DNA of 64,000 nucleotides from Alkalispirochaeta sp. (GCA_965242725.1 CBDESZ010000025.1:1-64000), one strand, 5' to 3'. Shown: positions 1 to 10,800, counted from the stretch's first letter. The notes: generated from the letters alone by a model not told the origin. Numbers and translations: made by a program.

Positions 1-1
1 G

Positions 2-913
2 GGGCATCCCTTTTTATCCCCGGAGAAGCTTCTCACCTTTCCGGAGATCCTGACGGTGGTGAATCACGCCGTATCTCTGGGCGTACGGAAAATCAAACTC
101 ACCGGGGGGGAACCGCTGTTACGGCCGGGGGTGCACCGGCTGGTACGGGATCTCGCGGAGATTCCGGAACTGACGGACATCGGTCTCATCACCAATGGAT
201 TTCATCTCCCCGCCGTGGCAGAGCGCCTCCACGACGCCGGTTTGCGTCGCATCACGGTGAGCATCGACAGTCTTTCACCTGAAAATTTCGACCGGATTAC
301 CGGGCGATCCGGTGGTCTCCGGCGCGTTCTGGAAGCGATCCGCATGGCCCGGCGCATCGGCTTTGACCCGGTGAAGATCAACATGGTTGTCCAGCGCGGC
401 GTCAACGACCACGAGGTGGTCGACATGGCGCGCTTTGCCCGCTCCGAAGGGGTGGAATTGCGGTATATCGAGTACATGGACGTGGGACGGAGGCTGCGTT
501 TTGAGGAGTCTCTCCTCGTCCCCAATGTGGAAATACGTGATCGACTGGACGCGGAGTTCGGCATCGTTCCCGTTGATCCCCAGTATTTCGGGGAGGTCGC
601 CGATACGTACCGCTACTCCGACGGAGGGCGGGTTGGATTTATTTCAAGCATGACACAGCCGTTCTGCGGATCCTGTACGCGCCTGCGCATCGCCGCCGAC
701 GGTACCGCATACCGGTGCCTCTTCTCGGGTATCGGATTGGATCTGCGGTCCATCCTCCGCGATCCCGACTTCTCTGAAGAGGAGATCTCCCGACGCATTT
801 CCGCCTTCTGGGGACTCCGGGAAGATCGCTATTCAGAGCTCCGCGCCGAGCCGGAGAACCGGGTTAACGGCGCGTCGGAAGAACGGGTGGAAATGTACCG
901 AATGGGAGGATAA
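2..913 (+). CDS. moaA: GTP 3',8-cyclase MoaA (5'-truncated by window edge)
   Basis: LTGGEPLLR, TNG, FCGSCTRLR...C second Fe-S motif, C-terminal MYRMGG. The frame is open from base 2, so the radical SAM CxxxCxxC motif presumably lies upstream of the window. Confidence 0.95.
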   Translation, partial: GHPFLSPEKLLTFPEILTVVNHAVSLGVRKIKLTGGEPLLRPGVHRLVRDLAEIPELTDIGLITNGFHLPAVAERLHDAGLRRITVSIDSLSPENFDRITGRSGGLRRVLEAIRMARRIGFDPVKINMVVQRGVNDHEVVDMARFARSEGVELRYIEYMDVGRRLRFEESLLVPNVEIRDRLDAEFGIVPVDPQYFGEVADTYRYSDGGRVGFISSMTQPFCGSCTRLRIAADGTAYRCLFSGIGLDLRSILRDPDFSEEEISRRISAFWGLREDRYSELRAEPENRVNGASEERVEMYRMGG

Positions 914-914
914 T

Positions 915-1394
915 GTGAGCACTCACGTGAACGCCTCCGGGTTTCCCCGGATGGTCGATGTTGGAGACAAGGATTCGACGCGCCGACGTGCCGTTGCGGA
1001 AGGGACCGTTATCATCCCCGATGTGGAGTCGACGATAGGCGATGAATGGCACAGCCCCAAGGGGCCCGTTTTTCAGACGGCGACGATCGCGGGGATACAG
1101 GGGGCCAAGCAGACAGCCGGTCTCATACCCCTCTGTCACCCCCTTCCACTTTCCCGGTGTGATGTCGATATCTCACGGCACGACCGGGACGGGCGGGTCT
1201 CTATCGCCGTTACCTGTACGGTGGAGACGACCGCGCAGACGGGGGTCGAAATGGAAGCCCTCACGGGGGTGAGTATCGCCTGTCTCACCATTTACGATAT
1301 GGGCAAGTCCGTCGTTCAGGGGATCGAGATCTCCGGAATACGTCTGCTCCATAAGAGCGGCGGCACCCATGACTGGAGTTATCATGAAACGTGA
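915..1394 (+). CDS. moaC: Cyclic pyranopterin monophosphate synthase MoaC
   Basis: MVDVGDK, LIPLCHP, TGVEMEAL, TIYDM, KSGG motifs; directly follows moaA. Confidence 0.96.
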   Translation: MSTHVNASGFPRMVDVGDKDSTRRRAVAEGTVIIPDVESTIGDEWHSPKGPVFQTATIAGIQGAKQTAGLIPLCHPLPLSRCDVDISRHDRDGRVSIAVTCTVETTAQTGVEMEALTGVSIACLTIYDMGKSVVQGIEISGIRLLHKSGGTHDWSYHET

Positions 1395-2580
1395 CGCCGG
1401 AGGGTGGTATCTTCATCCCTTTGAAATCGCCCTGAGCGGATATTCCGGATCGGGGAAGACGACGCTGGCGGAGCGGCTGATTGCCGCGTACTGTGACGCC
1501 GGGCGTTCAATTGGATTCATAAAACGGGACGCCCATTTTTTTTCACTTGATGTCCCGGGGAAAGACACCTACCGCGTGCGGGAGTCGGGTGCCGCATCGG
1601 TCTCGATAGAAGACAAGACGCACAGCGCCGTTATCGTCGATCACGGACCCAAAGGCGCGTCGTTGGCGATGGTACAGGGAGCAATGGCTTCCCGGGATAT
1701 CGTCATCGTCGAGGGGCGGAAGCATTCACCTCTGCCGAAGCTGGTACTCCTCGATCCACGTCACGAGGTGGACGATGAACTGCGGCAGGGAACGATTGAG
1801 AACCTCTCCGCCGTGATCTATCCCGCCGGCGAAGAGGAACGGGCGATGCGATGCGCGGGGCGGGATATCCCCGTCTTCTGTCGTGACGACATCGAGGGCA
1901 TCGTCGCCCATGTGAACGATGAGTTTTCCCGGCGGATTCCCCGCCTCTCCGCCGTCGTCCTTCTGGGGGGACGCAGTTCACGAATGGGGCGCGACAAGGG
2001 CGCAATTGAATACGGCTACGGCGTGAGCGCCGCGCGCAGAATGGCTGACCTTGTGAGTCCGCTCTGCGATGAAGTCCTCCTGAGCGTGAGACCCGGTCAG
2101 GAGGTTCCCGACGATGTGGCTGATCTTCCCCTCCTGCCTGACCGGTTTCTCGATTTCGGCCCCGCCGGCGGCATCCTGACGGCGCTGTACCGGCGACCGG
2201 AACGGGCGTGGCTCGTAGTGAGCTGTGATCTCCCTCTCCTCGAGGGGGACGACATCGCCCATTTGCTTGACCACCGGGATCCCTTCAAGGTTGCGACGGC
2301 GCTGGCGGTTCAAAATGACCGCCCCGAGGAAGCGGCGGGGGAACCGCTCCTTCCCGAGCCGCTGTGCGCGGTATGGGAGCCCCGGTCGCGGGGACGGATC
2401 CTTTCGTTTTTTCAGGAAGGTGTTTCCTGTCCGCGCTGGATGCTGCGGAACGGCGCCGTCAATCTGGTTGAAACCCGTCATCCCCGGGCGACGTTCAATG
2501 CGAATACCCCGGAAGAGTATGAAACTGCACGGCGTATCGTTGAAGAACGTCGCCCCCTTCACGTCGGTGGAGGACGATGA
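1384..2580 (+). CDS. mobBA: MobB-MobA fusion (molybdopterin-guanine dinucleotide biosynthesis)
   Basis: N-terminal GYSGSGKTT P-loop, DVPGKDT and VEG (MobB). C-terminal LLGGRSSRMGRDK, GPAGGI, SCDLP, EPL, NANTPEE (MobA). Confidence 0.88.
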   Translation: MKRDAGGWYLHPFEIALSGYSGSGKTTLAERLIAAYCDAGRSIGFIKRDAHFFSLDVPGKDTYRVRESGAASVSIEDKTHSAVIVDHGPKGASLAMVQGAMASRDIVIVEGRKHSPLPKLVLLDPRHEVDDELRQGTIENLSAVIYPAGEEERAMRCAGRDIPVFCRDDIEGIVAHVNDEFSRRIPRLSAVVLLGGRSSRMGRDKGAIEYGYGVSAARRMADLVSPLCDEVLLSVRPGQEVPDDVADLPLLPDRFLDFGPAGGILTALYRRPERAWLVVSCDLPLLEGDDIAHLLDHRDPFKVATALAVQNDRPEEAAGEPLLPEPLCAVWEPRSRGRILSFFQEGVSCPRWMLRNGAVNLVETRHPRATFNANTPEEYETARRIVEERRPLHVGGGR

Positions 2581-3848
2581 TGCTCTCGACGCCTCATGAT
2601 GCCTTTGAGGCATTGAAACGGATCGTTGAAGCGACGATCGGTGACGTCCGTGCCCGCGGCGCCGATACGGTGCCGCTTCAGGAGTCGGTGGGGCGTACCG
2701 TTGCGGATGATATCCACGCCGATCGCGATCAGCCGCCCTTTCCCCGGGCATCGATGGACGGCATCGCCGTCAGGAGCGCATCCGCCGTAGCCGCCGGTTC
2801 AACCTTTCGGCTGGTCGGCGAGCTCGCTGCGGGGGGGGATCCCGCAGCCCTGACCGCCACCTCCGACACTGAAACCGACGCCGATTGGTCGGACGGACGG
2901 GAATGTATAGAAATAATGACGGGAGCGGCCGTTCCCGATGGATACGCGAGAGTCATCCCCTTTGAGGTGATTTCAAAGGCGGTGATCGACGGTGGGACCG
3001 TCTATACCGTACCGGAGGGGATTGAGGGAAAGACGAACATTCATCCCCGTGGTGTGGACTACCGAAAGGGTGCGCTCCTCATCAGACGGGGAACGCGGAT
3101 AACCGCACCGCATGTCGCCGTTCTCGCAAGCTGCGGATACGCGGGGGTTCCGGTGGTACCGCGGCCGTCAATCGCCGTTATCGGCACGGGCGATGAAATC
3201 GTGCCTCCCGAACAGAACCCCCTGTCCTATCAGATACGCGGGAGCAATCCCTGGACGATATCGGGAGAACTGGAAGCGTGGGGATTTCCCTGTGACGAAA
3301 TTGCCCTGGTCCGGGATGACCGGAACGAAGTGACTGAAACCATTTCCCGCATGGTGGAGGGACACGATATTGTCCTTGTCAGCGGGGCGGTATCAAAGGG
3401 AACGTACGACTTCGTACCCGATATTCTGACCGCTCTCGGTGCGCACATTTCCATACACGGAGTGCGACAGCGGCCGGGCAAGCCTCTTCTCATCGGTGAG
3501 GCGGGGGGCCGGACGATCATGGGCCTGCCGGGTAATCCCGTGTCTTCCCTCGTGGCGATTCGTCGGTATCTGGTGCCGCTTTTAACGGCGTCGTATGGAA
3601 GGTCGGATGCCGGAGGATATACGGTGATTACCGGTGAGGATATCGACTTTGAACCTCCTCTCACATGGTTTCCCGCGGTGGATACCGTGCGGAGCGATGA
3701 CGGACGGCTGGTGGCGACGATACGGGAAGGACATGGATCAGGCGACTTCTATCATATCGCCGGTTCGTCCGGTTTCATCGAGGTGCCGGAAGACAGTCGT
3801 CGAATGGCCGCGGGGTCTGCGGTTACCTTTTTCCCATGGGGCTCGTGA
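2577..3848 (+). CDS. moeA: Molybdopterin molybdotransferase MoeA
   Basis: PPFPRASMDG, IMTGA, TGDE, SGAVSKG, QRPGKP, GLPGNPVS. Confidence 0.95.
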   Translation: MMLSTPHDAFEALKRIVEATIGDVRARGADTVPLQESVGRTVADDIHADRDQPPFPRASMDGIAVRSASAVAAGSTFRLVGELAAGGDPAALTATSDTETDADWSDGRECIEIMTGAAVPDGYARVIPFEVISKAVIDGGTVYTVPEGIEGKTNIHPRGVDYRKGALLIRRGTRITAPHVAVLASCGYAGVPVVPRPSIAVIGTGDEIVPPEQNPLSYQIRGSNPWTISGELEAWGFPCDEIALVRDDRNEVTETISRMVEGHDIVLVSGAVSKGTYDFVPDILTALGAHISIHGVRQRPGKPLLIGEAGGRTIMGLPGNPVSSLVAIRRYLVPLLTASYGRSDAGGYTVITGEDIDFEPPLTWFPAVDTVRSDDGRLVATIREGHGSGDFYHIAGSSGFIEVPEDSRRMAAGSAVTFFPWGS

Positions 3849-4102
3849 TGGAACAGATGAATGTAACGATTCGGTATTTTGCCCTCTTCCGCGAACAGGC
3901 GGGGCGTGAAATGGAAACGGCGGTGTACGATCGCGGGGAGATAACTGCCCGGGAGGTGTATGCCGATGTGAAGGAGCGCAACGGATTTTCCCTGGAATCC
4001 GCCTATGTGCGTCCCGCGATAAACGGGGCGTATGTCTCCTGGGATACGCCGCTCTCGTCCGGGGACGAGGTCGTCTTCATTCCCCCCGTATCGGGAGGCT
4101 GA
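3848..4102 (+). CDS. moaD: Molybdopterin synthase sulfur carrier MoaD
   Basis: YFALFRE, GDEVVFIPPVSGG C-terminal diglycine; TGATG overlap with moeA. Confidence 0.93.
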   Translation: MEQMNVTIRYFALFREQAGREMETAVYDRGEITAREVYADVKERNGFSLESAYVRPAINGAYVSWDTPLSSGDEVVFIPPVSGG

Positions 4103-4106
4103 AACG

Positions 4107-5783
4107 ATGGCTGCTTCACGCAAAGTGACGCCCGGCCCCTCGGCCCCCGCGGACGCTACCCTTCCGGGGAACGACGCGTCATCCTTTCTGATTCTTGACG
4201 CTCCTCTTGAGGCATTTGTTGCCGAACGTGCGGCGGAGCTTGCGCGCAGCCACCCGGAGGTCGGCGGTGTCGTCTCATTCGACGGTCTGGTACGGAATCA
4301 CCACAACGGTCGCGGCGTGACCGCCCTTGAGTACTCGGTCTATCCCGAGCTTGCCCGGTCGGAAGGGTTTCGTATCGTTGAGGAAGGTCGGCGCCGATTT
4401 GACGTCACCTATGTCCACGCCGTTCATCGCGTCGGTCCGGTGCCCATCGGCGAGGCGGCGGTATGGGTGTGCGCCGGCGGCGCCCATCGCCAGGAGGCAT
4501 TTGCATGCTGCCGATGGGTCATCGATGAGATCAAGAAGTCCGTTCCCATCTGGAAACACGAGGAGTATACGGACGGTCACGAAGAGTGGGTCATGGGAAC
4601 CCCCGTACCGGGAACGACGGAGCCCGCAGAGAACGCGCTCGATGAGGAGTACTTCAGGCGGCAAATGCGCCTGCCCGGCGTCGGCGTTTCCGGACAGTTG
4701 CGGTTGCAGAATGCCCACGTTGCGGTGGTCGGTCTCGGTGCTCTGGGATGCCCGGCGGTAACCTATCTCGCCCGGGCGGGAGTGGGGCGGGTCACCCTCA
4801 TTGACGGGGATACCGTGGCCTACCACAACCTCCATCGTCAGACGATGTACGGGCGAGACGACGTGGGACGATTCAAGACTGAACGTGTTGCGGAGAACCT
4901 GCACCGGGAATTTCCCCGTTTGGCGGTTGAAATACACACAACTTTTCTCGACAACAGCTCCGGAAGGGACCTCTTTTCGAACCGTCGTCCCGACATCATC
5001 CTGGACTGTACCGACCGGTTTTCAAGTCGCTTTGCCGTACACGACGTCGCACGTGAGAGCCGCATCGACCTGGTAAGTGCCGCGGTCTCCTCCACGACGG
5101 GACAACTCTATCTTCTTCCCTTTTCCCAGTCATCGGGTCCCTGCCTTCACTGCCTCTTTCCGGAGCAGCCGCCCGATGGGTGTACAGGAAGTTGTGTCGA
5201 CGACGGAATCCTCGGTGCAGAGGCGGGCATTATGGGTTCCTTTCAGGCGCTCACGGCGCTCAGACGGTTGCTGGGACTTCCCGGTTTTGCGGAATCAACG
5301 ACGCACACGATTGACTTTGTTCATTTTGACGTCCATTCGGCGCGATGGCAGCGGGATCGGGGATGTCGCTACTGCGGGGACCAGTCGGAGACGGCGGCCG
5401 CGCCGGCGGTAAATGAGACGGTGACGGTCGGCGATTCGCCCGCGAACACGGCGCAAAGCGGCGGCGGCCAGGTTGCTCCGACTCCCGACGTCGCGGTTTC
5501 CTCCCGTGATCATCTCGACGGAAACAGGAGAGTCATCGACCTCCGCGATCGGGAAGCTGTCGGCGGTCTTGAGGAATCCCTCTTCTTCCCGGGGGCGGAA
5601 CGTATTCCGCCGGAGGAGTTTGAGCGGATCTTGCCGAATCTCGACAGGGCGGTACCGTACGTCCTTGTCTGCGAGGGCGGTGTGCGCAGCAGAGAAATGA
5701 AAGAGCGAATGGTCGAACTCGGGTTTCAACGGGTCGTCGACATCGCAGGCGGATTTGCGGGATTGCGCGATAGAATAAGATAG
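4107..5783 (+). CDS. MoaE-MoeB/ThiF-rhodanese triple fusion
   Basis: MoaE motifs FDGLVR, LEYS, HRVG, HRQEAF, KKSVPIWKHE. MoeB motifs VGLGALG, DGD, NLHRQ, DCTD, CLHC, CRYC. Rhodanese loop VCEGGVRS. Confidence 0.88.
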   Translation: MAASRKVTPGPSAPADATLPGNDASSFLILDAPLEAFVAERAAELARSHPEVGGVVSFDGLVRNHHNGRGVTALEYSVYPELARSEGFRIVEEGRRRFDVTYVHAVHRVGPVPIGEAAVWVCAGGAHRQEAFACCRWVIDEIKKSVPIWKHEEYTDGHEEWVMGTPVPGTTEPAENALDEEYFRRQMRLPGVGVSGQLRLQNAHVAVVGLGALGCPAVTYLARAGVGRVTLIDGDTVAYHNLHRQTMYGRDDVGRFKTERVAENLHREFPRLAVEIHTTFLDNSSGRDLFSNRRPDIILDCTDRFSSRFAVHDVARESRIDLVSAAVSSTTGQLYLLPFSQSSGPCLHCLFPEQPPDGCTGSCVDDGILGAEAGIMGSFQALTALRRLLGLPGFAESTTHTIDFVHFDVHSARWQRDRGCRYCGDQSETAAAPAVNETVTVGDSPANTAQSGGGQVAPTPDVAVSSRDHLDGNRRVIDLRDREAVGGLEESLFFPGAERIPPEEFERILPNLDRAVPYVLVCEGGVRSREMKERMVELGFQRVVDIAGGFAGLRDRIR

Positions 5784-5983
5784 ACACCCTCGATACGTCT
5801 TCGAATTTCAACTCGATATTTTTTTCTTGACTCAGCAATGATCTCGTGGGATCATACTTATATCCATTATATAAACCTAAGTTACAATAGTAGGACAGAA
5901 GAGAACTCTGAGGCCGTCGGGAAGATACGTCCGCCCGCATGGGAGGACGAGAATTTGGATACATACACACAGAGGAGGCAGGT

Positions 5984-7345
5984 ATGGATGTATTACTGAG
6001 CGTGTTGAACGGGTTTATCGGGTTTATGTGGGGGTGGCCCCTGATTATCGTCATCACCGTTACCGCGGTCATTTACTCGGTCATTCTGAAATTTTTCCAG
6101 TTCAGGAAGTTCGGATATATCACCCGCAACACCTTCGGGAAGATCTTTGACAAAGAAGTTCGCGGTGAAGGGACGCTGACACCCTTTCAGGCCGCCTCTT
6201 CCGCGCTGGCCGGAACCCTCGGGGTCGGCAATATCGCCGGCGTCGGTGTTGCCGTCGGACTCGGCGGGCCCGGTGCACTGTTCTGGATGTGGGTGGTTGC
6301 GCTCCTTGCGGCGGTTTCCAAGTATGCCGAGGTCGTTCTGGGTATTCACTTCCGGGAGAAAGATCCCGAGACGGGACTCTATCGCGGCGGTTTTATGTAC
6401 ATGGTCAAGAAGGGGCTTGGTGAGAACTGGGGCTGGCTGGCCGCGATCTGGAGTTTTCTCTTCTTCATTCAGTTCCTCATCGGCGGCGCCGTGCAGTCAA
6501 ACGCCCTGGCCGACGTCATTTCTCATTCCTTCGGCGGGGATAAACTGATCGTCGGTATCGTCATAGCCGTTCTTGTCGGGCTGGTCATTCTCGGCGGTAT
6601 TAAGCGAATCGGAAAAGTCGCGGAACGTCTCGTCCCGCTCATGGCGGTCGTCTATTTTATCGGAGCTCTCGTGATCCTCATTCTGAACATCGGTGCCATT
6701 CCCGGCGCCCTGGCGCTCATCGTCCGCTCCGCCTTTACCGGCATGGCTCCCGTCGGAGGTTTTGCCGGCTCGACGATCATCATGGTCATCCAGAACGGAT
6801 TTGCCCGCGGCGTCTACTCCAATGAAGCGGGTATGGGGACCTCTCCGGTAGCCCACTCCACGGCAACGACGGACCATCCCGTTCGCCAGGGTATCTGGGG
6901 TATTTTTGAAGTGTTTGTGGATACCATCGTCATGTGTACCATGACCGGTCTGGTCATCGTGACCACCGGTGTGCTTTCCACCGGCGAAGTGGGTGCGAGC
7001 CTGACCGCGTCCGCCTTTCAGGCGGGACTGCCCGGACCGGGAGACCTTATTGTCACCATTTCCACCGTGTTCTTCGCCTACACGACGATCCTCCTTGCGG
7101 AGTTCTACTCCGAAACAGGCGGTGTCTACTGCTTCGGCAACAGGATCATCTATCCCTACCGCGTTGTCTTTCTCATCGGGCTGGTCATCGGCGCGATCGG
7201 CGGCCTCCAGGTGGTATGGGGTCTCTTTGACGCCTTCATGGCGGTTACGGTCGCAATCAACCTTATCGTCATCGTTATTCTGAGAAAACACGTGGTGGAA
7301 CTGACCCGGGATTTCTTCGGCACCCCTGGAAAGGGCGACGCCTGA
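5984..7345 (+). CDS. Alanine/glycine:cation symporter (AGCS family)
   Basis: GVGNIAGV, GGPGALFWMW, GGIKRI, RGVYSNEAGMG, EVFVDT; strong GGAGG RBS. Confidence 0.93.
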   Translation: MDVLLSVLNGFIGFMWGWPLIIVITVTAVIYSVILKFFQFRKFGYITRNTFGKIFDKEVRGEGTLTPFQAASSALAGTLGVGNIAGVGVAVGLGGPGALFWMWVVALLAAVSKYAEVVLGIHFREKDPETGLYRGGFMYMVKKGLGENWGWLAAIWSFLFFIQFLIGGAVQSNALADVISHSFGGDKLIVGIVIAVLVGLVILGGIKRIGKVAERLVPLMAVVYFIGALVILILNIGAIPGALALIVRSAFTGMAPVGGFAGSTIIMVIQNGFARGVYSNEAGMGTSPVAHSTATTDHPVRQGIWGIFEVFVDTIVMCTMTGLVIVTTGVLSTGEVGASLTASAFQAGLPGPGDLIVTISTVFFAYTTILLAEFYSETGGVYCFGNRIIYPYRVVFLIGLVIGAIGGLQVVWGLFDAFMAVTVAINLIVIVILRKHVVELTRDFFGTPGKGDA

Positions 7346-7371
7346 GAACGTTTCCCGTAGAAATGGTGCGG

Positions 7372-7397
7372 GCCGGGAGAGCCTTCGCTCTCCCGGC
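7372..7397 (+). other. Intergenic perfect stem-loop
   Basis: GCCGGGAGAGC-CTTC-GCTCTCCCGGC, an 11-bp perfect inverted repeat between symporter and amidohydrolase; no U-tract. Confidence 0.6.
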
Positions 7398-7423
7398 GTG
7401 CCGGTACGAGGGAAGGAACACAG

Positions 7424-8596
7424 ATGGATATCAAGAAACGAATTGGCGAGCTGCAGGACGAACTCGTGGCGCTCCGGCGGAAATTCCACCAGCATCCGGA
7501 GCTTGGATTCCAGGAATGGTGGACACAGAAGCAAGTCATGGACTATCTGTCGGAGATCGGACTGGACCCCCGGCCGATCGCGGAAACAGGCGTTGTCTGT
7601 CTTCTCGAGGGCGGCAAACCCGGGAAGACGGTGCTCCTCCGCTCCGATATGGACGCCCTGCCGGTTACGGAGGAGACGGGACTTCCATTCGCCTCACGGG
7701 AACCGGGGAAGATGCACGCCTGCGGTCATGACGGACACATGTCAATGCTCCTTGTTGCCGCAAAGGTCCTCACGGAGATGCGGGAGGATATTGCCGGGAC
7801 GATCAAGTTCGTCTTTCAACCGAACGAAGAGGACGCGGGAGCGTACAAACTTGTGGAAGAGGGGGTGATGGAAAACCCGAACGTGGACTCCGCCTTCGGC
7901 ATACACCTCTGGTCCCAGGTTCCGTCGGGAATGATAGACATCGTCGACGGGCCCCAAATGGCGGCGAGTCACTATTTCTATTTGACTATTCAGGGAAAGG
8001 GAGGTCACGCAGGGTTTGCCCATGAATCGATAGATCCCATTTATGTGGCGACCAATATCGTCCAGGCGGTTCAGGCGGTGCAGACACGGGAAATTGACGC
8101 CCTCAATCCGGCGGTGATCATGTTTACCGAGTTTCACGCCGGCAGTAACACGACGATCGTCCCGGACAAGGTTGAAATAAAGGGATCGATCCGGTTTCTC
8201 TACGAGGAAGGGCCGGAACTCTTTGACCGATTTGAAAGGATCATTGCCCACACCTGTGAAGCGCACCGCGTCTCGTACACGCTCTCATACAAGGTGGGGA
8301 ACAATCTCCTTTCCAACGATCCAGGGATCGCGGCGGTCGCGCGAAAGGCGGCGGCGGAAACGCTGGGAGATCCCGCCAGAGTTACGACGAGGATAAGGAC
8401 GATGGCAGGCGAAGACTATTCCGACTACCTCCAGCATGCGCCGGGGGCGTTTGCCTTTGTGGGAATCGCAAATCCCGAGGTCCACTCGGATTATCCCCAC
8501 CACCATCCGAAGTTCACAATCGACGAGGCGATTCTGCCGGTGGGAGCGGAACTTCACGTGCGTACCGCCTTGCGCCTGGGAGCGGGAGAAGGGTAA
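7424..8596 (+). CDS. M20D family amidohydrolase
   Basis: HQHPELGFQE, RSDMDAL, MHACGHDGH, FQPNEE, GKGGHA, HHPKF. Confidence 0.93.
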   Translation: MDIKKRIGELQDELVALRRKFHQHPELGFQEWWTQKQVMDYLSEIGLDPRPIAETGVVCLLEGGKPGKTVLLRSDMDALPVTEETGLPFASREPGKMHACGHDGHMSMLLVAAKVLTEMREDIAGTIKFVFQPNEEDAGAYKLVEEGVMENPNVDSAFGIHLWSQVPSGMIDIVDGPQMAASHYFYLTIQGKGGHAGFAHESIDPIYVATNIVQAVQAVQTREIDALNPAVIMFTEFHAGSNTTIVPDKVEIKGSIRFLYEEGPELFDRFERIIAHTCEAHRVSYTLSYKVGNNLLSNDPGIAAVARKAAAETLGDPARVTTRIRTMAGEDYSDYLQHAPGAFAFVGIANPEVHSDYPHHHPKFTIDEAILPVGAELHVRTALRLGAGEG

Positions 8597-8705
8597 GCCC
8601 CTTCTCCTCCTTCCAGGTCCTCCTGTGCGCCACCATCGGGGTGGGGGCCCTATCGGAGTGGGGCTCCACCGGGACGGTAGCCCTACCGGGGCGCGCCGCC
8701 GTCAG

Positions 8706-10751
8706 TCAGCTCGCGTCAAGGAGATAGCTCAGGTCCTTGTCCTGAAAGAACTCTGCATACAGTTTGTCACACCCTTTGATGTGTTTTGTCAGCCAGTCCC
8801 GTAAGAATTCCATGATTTCAACCGCCACAAAGGCCTTTCCCGATTCCATGTCGCTTCGCAGGTCTTTGATGCTCTGGACGAGATGGGCGTGCTGTTTTTT
8901 CTGATGTGCACAGCCGGGGTAGTTGAAGCGTTCCATCGCTTCCTCTTCTTTGCCGAAGTGGTAGTTGGTGTAGTCCAGGAGTGCGTCGATGACGGTAGTG
9001 AGTTCCTCGCCGGTGATGCCGTTTTTCATCGCCTTGTAGAGGTTCCCGATCAGTTCAAAGAGCTTCTGATGGTGGCGGTCGAAGATCTCCACCTCCACAG
9101 AGTAGTCTTTGGACCACCTGACAAAGGAGCCCGACTGGTAGGAGGTGAGAATCTCGATGATACGGCGGGTGTGGGTAAGTATCTCGGTGAATCGCTCCTC
9201 GATCGTCGACACCGTCTGGGAATCGTCAGCCTGGGAGGCGGCTGAACGGAGCAGATCGACGATCTCCTGGGCCGCTTCATACGAACGGCGATGCTTCTGG
9301 CTCAGCTCCCTGAAGACCGCCGGATCGGTCACGACGGTCTTTCCTTCTACGGCGAGCCACTGTCCGACTTCTCCTCCGTCCCGGTTGGTGACCAACCTCT
9401 GATCGATCTGTTCACTGCCGTCGATGAATGCCCGCAGGATTCCGACCCATGAGAGATGACTGAGAATGATCCGGGAAACGAGAAGCCGTTCCCGTGCCTC
9501 TCCCGCTTCCTTGACGTCGGACTCCCGTTTCTCCTTGCGAATTCGGTCGATAAGCTGAAGTACCTGATCGTTGTTTTCCGCGCTGAGACCGGTGACGCGA
9601 TTGGTTACCGTCGTTACGCTCTGAGAGGCACCGGAAATAACGGCCATCGCTTCCCGGGTTTCATCCGCCGTTTCCCGGGTGCGCGCGATGAGGGTGTTGA
9701 TTTCACCGGCGGCGTTTCGCATTTCGTTGGTACTGCCGGATATCTCGGCGGAGGTGTTCCGGAGTGAGTCCGTCGCCGTGACGATTTCACGAGCTCCCGC
9801 GGAGAGCTCGGCGGTACTGCCTGTTATCTCCGTAAATGCCTGGAAAACATCTTCCACACCCGTTTCGATTTCCCGGAAGGCGGATTCCGTCTCGCTGCTG
9901 GCGGACCGGGCTTCGGCGATTCGCTCGACAAGTTCCGTCAGGCGCGACGATATGCCCGATGCGTTCTGAGCGGTGCTTTCGGCGAGCTTGCGGATTTCTC
10001 CCGCCACCACGGCAAATCCTCTCCCTGACGCACCGGCATGAGCCGCTTCTATGGCGGCATTCATCGCCAGCAGATTGGTCCGTGCGGCGATATCGTTAAT
10101 GACGTCTATCATCGTATGGACGGCGGTGACACTGCCGCTTACGTCTTCGATCATCCGTTCGGTGGTCGTGACTGCGTGGCTTCCCCGTTCCGTCGCCAGG
10201 CGGAGTTTCTCCGCATGGGCCTTCCGGGCCGAGGAGACCGAAGCGACGCTGTCGATCGACGCGGACATCTCTTCCACCGCGGCGGCACTCTGCTCCACGA
10301 GGGAGCGCTGATTCTCAGTCTGACGGACAAGGCTGTCCACGGAGGCAAGAATCTCTTCAATTGCCGCAGCACCACCGGCAACCTGGTCGGAGAGCAGGTC
10401 GGTACGTGTCCGGGCAGTCGCCGTCTGGGAGGTGATCTTTGCAATGGAGGCGAGCGTCTCTCCCACCTGGCCGGCAAGCTTGCGCGCGGCACTCTCGGTG
10501 CCCAGGGCGAGTTGAAAGAGATCGTCTATCAGTTTTTCGGTGTCGGTGAGTGACCGGGTCTGATCGTTTGTTGCGATCGCCAGGCGCCGATGTACCATTC
10601 GCTGGATAAAAAGGCCGACTCCGGCGAAGACGACCGCTCCGCCTATGATGAGCGTCGGGGCGAATACGGAACCCGTCAATAATGCAAGGGTACCACCCAC
10701 GCCTGCGAAGGCTCCGGCGAACATGAACAATATGATTATGTATGCGTGCAT
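8706..10751 (-). CDS. Methyl-accepting chemotaxis protein with C-terminal CZB-like and bacteriohemerythrin domains
   Basis: Two N-terminal TM helices; [62 protein letters not shown]. Confidence 0.9.
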   Translation of the reverse strand: MHAYIIILFMFAGAFAGVGGTLALLTGSVFAPTLIIGGAVVFAGVGLFIQRMVHRRLAIATNDQTRSLTDTEKLIDDLFQLALGTESAARKLAGQVGETLASIAKITSQTATARTRTDLLSDQVAGGAAAIEEILASVDSLVRQTENQRSLVEQSAAAVEEMSASIDSVASVSSARKAHAEKLRLATERGSHAVTTTERMIEDVSGSVTAVHTMIDVINDIAARTNLLAMNAAIEAAHAGASGRGFAVVAGEIRKLAESTAQNASGISSRLTELVERIAEARSASSETESAFREIETGVEDVFQAFTEITGSTAELSAGAREIVTATDSLRNTSAEISGSTNEMRNAAGEINTLIARTRETADETREAMAVISGASQSVTTVTNRVTGLSAENNDQVLQLIDRIRKEKRESDVKEAGEARERLLVSRIILSHLSWVGILRAFIDGSEQIDQRLVTNRDGGEVGQWLAVEGKTVVTDPAVFRELSQKHRRSYEAAQEIVDLLRSAASQADDSQTVSTIEERFTEILTHTRRIIEILTSYQSGSFVRWSKDYSVEVEIFDRHHQKLFELIGNLYKAMKNGITGEELTTVIDALLDYTNYHFGKEEEAMERFNYPGCAHQKKQHAHLVQSIKDLRSDMESGKAFVAVEIMEFLRDWLTKHIKGCDKLYAEFFQDKDLSYLLDAS

Positions 10752-10800
10752 CCGATGTTTTTAACTCCTCCGCCGATGGTACCAGTGAACTGATTATTTC

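Noticed and set aside
5880..5983. Possible glycine riboswitch upstream of the AGCS symporter
   Set aside because: The conserved GGAGA/CCGAAG/CUCAGG elements were not found in the right order, and the leader is short
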